A stretch of 64,000 bases of DNA from contig CAVPIB010000001.1 of NCBI GenBank assembly GCA_963704885.1, positions 96,001 through 160,000 on the forward strand, read 5' to 3'. Within the stretch, counting starts at the first letter, position 1. Every line of letters begins with the position of its first letter. Of the stretch, positions 59,360 through 64,000 are shown in pieces. The stretch is from an uncultured Actinomycetes bacterium (lineage in GTDB: Bacteria; Actinomycetota; UBA4738; HRBIN12). The translations under genes and the position numbers were made by a program. The notes under the pieces are model-generated. The model saw only the letters and a program-made list of their open reading frames with translations. It ran no database searches and was not told where the DNA came from.

Positions 59360-60025
59360 ATGGCCGAGGCCCCCACCGAACGAACGCGCCTGCATCGCCA
59401 CCCGGAGCGCGGCGACCACGACCGCGCGACGATCCATGCGATCTTGGACGAAGCTCTGATCTGCCACCTGGCATGGGTGGGACCCGATGGGGAACCGCGG
59501 ATCATCCCCACGATCCACGCCCGAGACGGCAACACCCTCTACATCCACGGCTCACAGGCGAGTCGGACGCTCCGGGCGATCCGCGCGGGCGCGTGTGTTT
59601 GCGTGGAGGCGACGATCCTGGACGGTCTGGTGCTCGCCCGTTCGACGCCGATGCACTCCATGAACTACAGATCCGTCGTGGTGTTCGGCGCGCCACGCGA
59701 GGTGACCGATCGCGCCGAGATGGACCTGGCGCAGCGCGTCCTCGTCGAACATGTGATCCCCGGCCGGACCGCCGACGCGCGCATGCCCACGGACAAGGAG
59801 TTCAAAGAGACCGCGATCTTCGCCATCTCGCTCGATGAGGCCTCGGCGAAGATCCGCACCGGCGGTCCCGGTGACCCGGACGAAGATCTGTCGCTACCGG
59901 TTTGGGCCGGCGTGCTCCCATTGCGTCTCGCGACCGGCGAGCCGGAGCCCGACGATCGACTCGGGCCCGGCATCGACACCCCGGACTACGTGACGGGATA
60001 CCGTCGCGGCGGCCCGACGATGTGA
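59360..60025 (+). CDS. Pyridoxamine 5'-phosphate oxidase-family flavin-binding protein
   Basis: LYIHGS, DGLVLARS..HSMNYRS, SAKIRTG, WAGV. Confidence 0.88.
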   Translation: MAEAPTERTRLHRHPERGDHDRATIHAILDEALICHLAWVGPDGEPRIIPTIHARDGNTLYIHGSQASRTLRAIRAGACVCVEATILDGLVLARSTPMHSMNYRSVVVFGAPREVTDRAEMDLAQRVLVEHVIPGRTADARMPTDKEFKETAIFAISLDEASAKIRTGGPGDPDEDLSLPVWAGVLPLRLATGEPEPDDRLGPGIDTPDYVTGYRRGGPTM

Positions 60026-61245
60026 GCTCGCCCGAGCCGGCCGCACGTCCCACTCTCCGGCAGAACCTGCGGGGACTCCCTCGGCCGGTGTGGATCCTGT
60101 TCGCCGGGGCGTTCGTCAACAGGCTGGGCACGTTCGTCCTGCCCTTCATCACGCTTTATCTCACTAGCCGCGGCTATTCGGTGCCGCAGGCCGGACTGGG
60201 TCTGGCGGCATACGGGCTGGGAGCGATCGGCGCCCAGGGCGTCGGCGGCTTGCTGGCCGACCGGCTGGGCCGGCGGAACACGATCGCGCTGTCGATGTTC
60301 GGCGGCGCCGCGCTGACCCTCTCCCTGGTCTGGGTAGATGGTCTGCTCCCGATCGTTGTCGTGGTGACGCTGCTCGGCTTCGTCGCGGAGCTGTACCGAC
60401 CCGCGTCGAGCGCGCTGCTCACCGATCTGATCCGGCCGGAAGCGCGCGTGGCCGCGTTCAGCGCCAACCGACTGGCCTTGAACATCGGGTTCGCGGCCGG
60501 CCTCACGCTCGGCGGCCTGTTGGCGGCACGCTCGTACCATCTGCTGTTCATAGGCGACGCCGTGACGTCGGCGGCCTTCGGGGTGATAGCGCTGGTGGCG
60601 CTCCCCCACGGCACCAGGACCACCAGGCACGAGGAGCGCCACCTAACCGGCGCCGGTCGCTCCATGGCGGCGGATCGGGGCTTCCTCCTGTTCCTGGCCG
60701 CGGTGTTCATGACGGCCGTCGTCTACATGCAGAACGCCAGCACTTTCGCCTTGCACGTGGTCGACTTGGGTTACTCCACGAAGGTGTACGGGCTGCTGCA
60801 GGCGATGAACGGCGTGCTGGTCACGCTGCTCGAGTTGCCGATCAGCTCTTGGACCCAGCACCGACCCCGCACACGCATGATCGCCCTCGGCGCGGTGCTC
60901 GTGGGCCTGGGCTTCGCTGAGCTCGCATTCGTGAAGGCTCTCCCCGGATTGTTGATCATGGTGATGATCTGGACGCTCGGCGAGATCGTGGAATCGCCGG
61001 CAACGTCGGCCTTCGTGGCCGATCGGGCCCCCGAGCACGCCAGGGGTCGCTACCAGGGAGCTCTAGGCATGATGTACGCGTGCGCCGCGGTCGTCGGCCC
61101 GCTCGCGGGAACGTCGATCTACCACCTGAGCCCGAACGCGCTGTGGGTCGCGTGCGGGGTGGCGGGGTTCGCCAGCGCGGCGCTCGCGCTTCGGGCTGGG
61201 CACCACTCCGCCCCGGAGTTGACGACGGCTCGACATCGCGGTTAG
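60022..61245 (+). CDS. MFS transporter
   Basis: GLLADRLGRR; multiple TM segments. Confidence 0.9.
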   Translation: MSSPEPAARPTLRQNLRGLPRPVWILFAGAFVNRLGTFVLPFITLYLTSRGYSVPQAGLGLAAYGLGAIGAQGVGGLLADRLGRRNTIALSMFGGAALTLSLVWVDGLLPIVVVVTLLGFVAELYRPASSALLTDLIRPEARVAAFSANRLALNIGFAAGLTLGGLLAARSYHLLFIGDAVTSAAFGVIALVALPHGTRTTRHEERHLTGAGRSMAADRGFLLFLAAVFMTAVVYMQNASTFALHVVDLGYSTKVYGLLQAMNGVLVTLLELPISSWTQHRPRTRMIALGAVLVGLGFAELAFVKALPGLLIMVMIWTLGEIVESPATSAFVADRAPEHARGRYQGALGMMYACAAVVGPLAGTSIYHLSPNALWVACGVAGFASAALALRAGHHSAPELTTARHRG

Positions 61246-61246
61246 A

Positions 61247-61263
61247 TATATCGAAGCGATATA
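61247..61263. promoter_or_regulatory. Candidate PadR operator
   Basis: TATATCG-AAG-CGATATA upstream of padR-ino1. Confidence 0.6.
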
Positions 61264-61320
61264 CGCGAGCGGCTTTTCCCGCCGCGTGACATCCTCCAAC
61301 GAAGGAGTACGAGAGCTCAC

Positions 61321-61905
61321 ATGCTTGAACTCGCGATCCTCGGCTTACTCAAGGAGCAACCCATGCACGGCTACCAGCTATCCCGGGAGCTCGGAGAATC
61401 GCTGGGCGGGTTCTGGCGGGTCAGCTACGGCTCGCTCTACCCATCGCTCCGTCGTCTGGAGAAGGAGGGCGCCGTCGAGAGCGTCCCCAGCGACCAGGGT
61501 GGACGACGGAAGAACGTCTACCGCATCACCGAGAAGGGCGAGAAGATCTTCTTCGAGCTGCTTCAGGAGACGCCGCACGACAACTCCACCGAGGACACCC
61601 GTTTCCGCGTGCGCCTCGCCTTCTTCAAGTACCTGCCGCCCGAGACGCGGATCCGCCTGTTGGAACGGCGACGCGCATCGCTCGAGGATCGGCTCTCCAC
61701 CATCAAGGACTCGTTGCGCGCCACGCGCGAGCGGGTCGACGACTACACGCTCGCCCTCATGGAACACGGGCAGAGCGCCACCGAATCCGACATCGCGTGG
61801 CTCGACGGCTTGATCCAGGCCGAGCGCCACCGCACGGCAGACATCCCGGGGGGGACGAAGCGTATAGACCCAGCGACGCTTCGCAGGAAGGAGCGCGCCT
61901 CATGA
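61321..61905 (+). CDS. PadR-family regulator
   Basis: [20 protein letters not shown]; coupled to ino1. Confidence 0.92.
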   Translation: MLELAILGLLKEQPMHGYQLSRELGESLGGFWRVSYGSLYPSLRRLEKEGAVESVPSDQGGRRKNVYRITEKGEKIFFELLQETPHDNSTEDTRFRVRLAFFKYLPPETRIRLLERRRASLEDRLSTIKDSLRATRERVDDYTLALMEHGQSATESDIAWLDGLIQAERHRTADIPGGTKRIDPATLRRKERAS

Positions 61906-63023
61906 GCAAGGTTCGTTTGGCCATCGTCGGCGTGGGCAACTGCGCCTCGTCCCTGGTGCAGGGGCTCGAGTACTACAAGGACGCGAACCCCGAGGACCGC
62001 GTGCCGGGCCTGATGCACGTGGACCTCGGCGGCTACCACGTCGGTGACGTGGAGGTCGTGGCGGCGTTCGACGTCGACGCTAAGAAGGTCGGCAGGGACG
62101 TGTCCGAGGCGATCTTCTCCGAGCCGAACAACACGATCCGGTTCGCGGACGACGTTCCCCCGACGGGCGTCATGGTGCAGCGCGGGCACACGTTAGACGG
62201 CCTGGGCACCTACTACCGCGAGACGATCCAGGAGTCGGAGCAGGAGCCCGTCGACGTGGCGCGGGTGCTGCGCGACGCGGAGGCCGACGTGGTCGTGAGC
62301 TACCTTCCGGTCGGCTCTGAGCAAGCTGCTAGGCACTACGCGCAGGGCGCGATCGACGCCGGCGTCGGATATGTGAACTGCCTGCCGGCCTTCATCGCCT
62401 CCGAGGGCGAGTGGGCGAAGAAGTTCGGCGACGCAGGTGTGCCGATCATCGGCGATGACATCAAGAGCCAGGTCGGCGCGACCATCACGCACAGGGTCCT
62501 GACGAAGCTGTTCGAAGATCGCGGCGTGAAACTCAACCGGACCTACCAGCTGAACTTCGGCGGCAACATGGACTTCATGAACATGCTGGAGCGCGATCGG
62601 CTGACCTCGAAGAAGATCTCGAAGACGCAGTCGGTGCAATCCCAGCTCCGCAGGGAGCTGAACAAGGAGAACATCCACATCGGACCGTCTGACTACGTTC
62701 CGTGGCTCGAGGACCGCAAATGGGCGCAGATCCGTCTGGAGGGCCAGTCGTTCGGCGACGTGCCACTCATCATCGAGATGAAGCTCGAGGTGTGGGACAG
62801 TCCGAACTCGGCCGGCATCGTGATCGATGCGGTGCGCTGCGTGAAGCTGGCGCTCGACCGCAAGATCGCCGGTCCGCTGATCGGACCCAGCGCCTACTTC
62901 ATGAAGTCGCCGCCGGTGCAGTTCTCAGACGACGCGGCGCGAGAGATGGTCGAGGAGTTCATCCAAGGGGTGGGCGAGTCCGCCACCGCCGACTGGACGG
63001 CCTTCTTCGACGTCAGAGCGTAG
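61902..63023 (+). CDS. ino1: myo-inositol-1-phosphate synthase
   Basis: [39 protein letters not shown]. Confidence 0.96.
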   Translation: MSKVRLAIVGVGNCASSLVQGLEYYKDANPEDRVPGLMHVDLGGYHVGDVEVVAAFDVDAKKVGRDVSEAIFSEPNNTIRFADDVPPTGVMVQRGHTLDGLGTYYRETIQESEQEPVDVARVLRDAEADVVVSYLPVGSEQAARHYAQGAIDAGVGYVNCLPAFIASEGEWAKKFGDAGVPIIGDDIKSQVGATITHRVLTKLFEDRGVKLNRTYQLNFGGNMDFMNMLERDRLTSKKISKTQSVQSQLRRELNKENIHIGPSDYVPWLEDRKWAQIRLEGQSFGDVPLIIEMKLEVWDSPNSAGIVIDAVRCVKLALDRKIAGPLIGPSAYFMKSPPVQFSDDAAREMVEEFIQGVGESATADWTAFFDVRA

Positions 63024-63128
63024 GATCGACCCCAGGACCATCTGGTCCGGGGTGCGACCGGACTACACGGATCAACGTCGGGATCGAGGGGCCTTGACAA
63101 GGCCCTCCCCGGAAGCCTAGGTCTTCCC

Positions 63129-64000
63129 ATGATGTCGTCGCGAGTGAAGTCGAGAGTATGGCGCACCCTCTCGATCGTGGCGGTCATGACGCTTTCGGCC
63201 TCCTGTGCCAACAACCCAGAGAAGGCCAGCGAGGTCGCTCCCAACCGGAGTAGAGATCGGAACGTCGCTACCAGCACGAGCAGCTTCCTGCCGCCCGCCC
63301 CGTTCGTCACCGATGGATCACTTCTATCCCAAGCGGAACAGGCGTCGGTCAGTCATGAAGTGGCCGCGCCGCTCATGGGCTGGCTGTCGCCTTTGGCGGT
63401 GACGTCGAATGACGGGCAAAGCCTGTTCTACAACTCGTTCGATTGGCTGAAGTCGGTCGATTGGTCGGAGTCGTTCTCAGCGCAGGGCATCGAAACGGGC
63501 GATGCGCTCGGCGTTCCCTCGGTTCGCCGACTGGATCTCTTATCGGGCGGAGATACTCTGGTGGCCGAGGGCGCCTTCTCGGTAGCGTTGCGATCTGACG
63601 GCGCTCTCGCCTGGTTCCAGGGGGACGGATCCGCCTATCGGGCAAACACCCCCTTCGTCGGACGTCTCGTCGTGGACTTAGGTGGTGGTAAGACGGAGGC
63701 GTGGACCGACTCGGGGCGCTATGTAGCAGTGGCCTGGGCTGGAGACACGCTCCTGGCCTACCAGGAGCTCGAGGGCGAGACTCATGACCTTCTCGCTATC
63801 GACGGGCCCAACGACGCACGGGTTCTCCTCCAGGGCGCCGATCTTGTTGCTCTCGATCCGGATGGAACTCAAGCCTTCGTTGCTACTGCGAGCTACCCTC
63901 CGACTGCTTCCATCGTGGACGTTTCTTCGGGAAAGGAGATCGCCTCTCTCGATCTCACCGTCGCAACCGACGGAAACTCTGGTCTTGCCGCTGAACGATT
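63129..64000 (+). CDS. Lipoprotein, beta-propeller-like (runs off window)
   Basis: Manual translation is open from 63129 to the window end; lipobox LSASC; TTGACA at 63094. Confidence 0.65.
   Translation, partial: MMSSRVKSRVWRTLSIVAVMTLSASCANNPEKASEVAPNRSRDRNVATSTSSFLPPAPFVTDGSLLSQAEQASVSHEVAAPLMGWLSPLAVTSNDGQSLFYNSFDWLKSVDWSESFSAQGIETGDALGVPSVRRLDLLSGGDTLVAEGAFSVALRSDGALAWFQGDGSAYRANTPFVGRLVVDLGGGKTEAWTDSGRYVAVAWAGDTLLAYQELEGETHDLLAIDGPNDARVLLQGADLVALDPDGTQAFVATASYPPTASIVDVSSGKEIASLDLTVATDGNSGLAAER

Overview
High-GC bacterial DNA, most likely Actinomycetota (inferred from the PadR-ino1 pair, a PAC2 proteasome chaperone and an F420-type nitroreductase). Scattered single-base frameshifts suggest a long-read consensus. 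From left to right: (i) ~1.0-5.8 kb, a compositionally distinct, heavily frameshifted island with a membrane-anchored P-loop ATPase divergent from a UG/Abi-like reverse transcriptase (FGDD, helical C-terminus) and an apparently translationally coupled small partner gene; (ii) ~5.8-40 kb, a dense accessory region of small stress, detoxification and regulatory genes (TipA-like MerR, two vapBC modules, ArsR-SRPBCC pairs, Fic, AlkZ/AlkA, a two-component system) interleaved with deletion-collapsed gene relics; (iii) 40.5-43.1 kb, an XRE-HTH/TPR regulator divergent from a 32-aa secreted-type propeptide and a catalytically degenerate permuted-papain protein, a candidate RRNPP-like peptide signalling system outside the Firmicutes; (iv) 47.4-54.1 kb, a Sec-type RHS toxin with apparently nested jelly-roll domains, plus an immunity gene; (v) housekeeping genes (yitJ, clpP, PAC2, a cobalamin riboswitch-controlled ABC importer, padR-ino1). 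No rRNA, tRNA, CRISPR array, integrase or transposase was seen. All family calls come from reading motifs, not from database searches.
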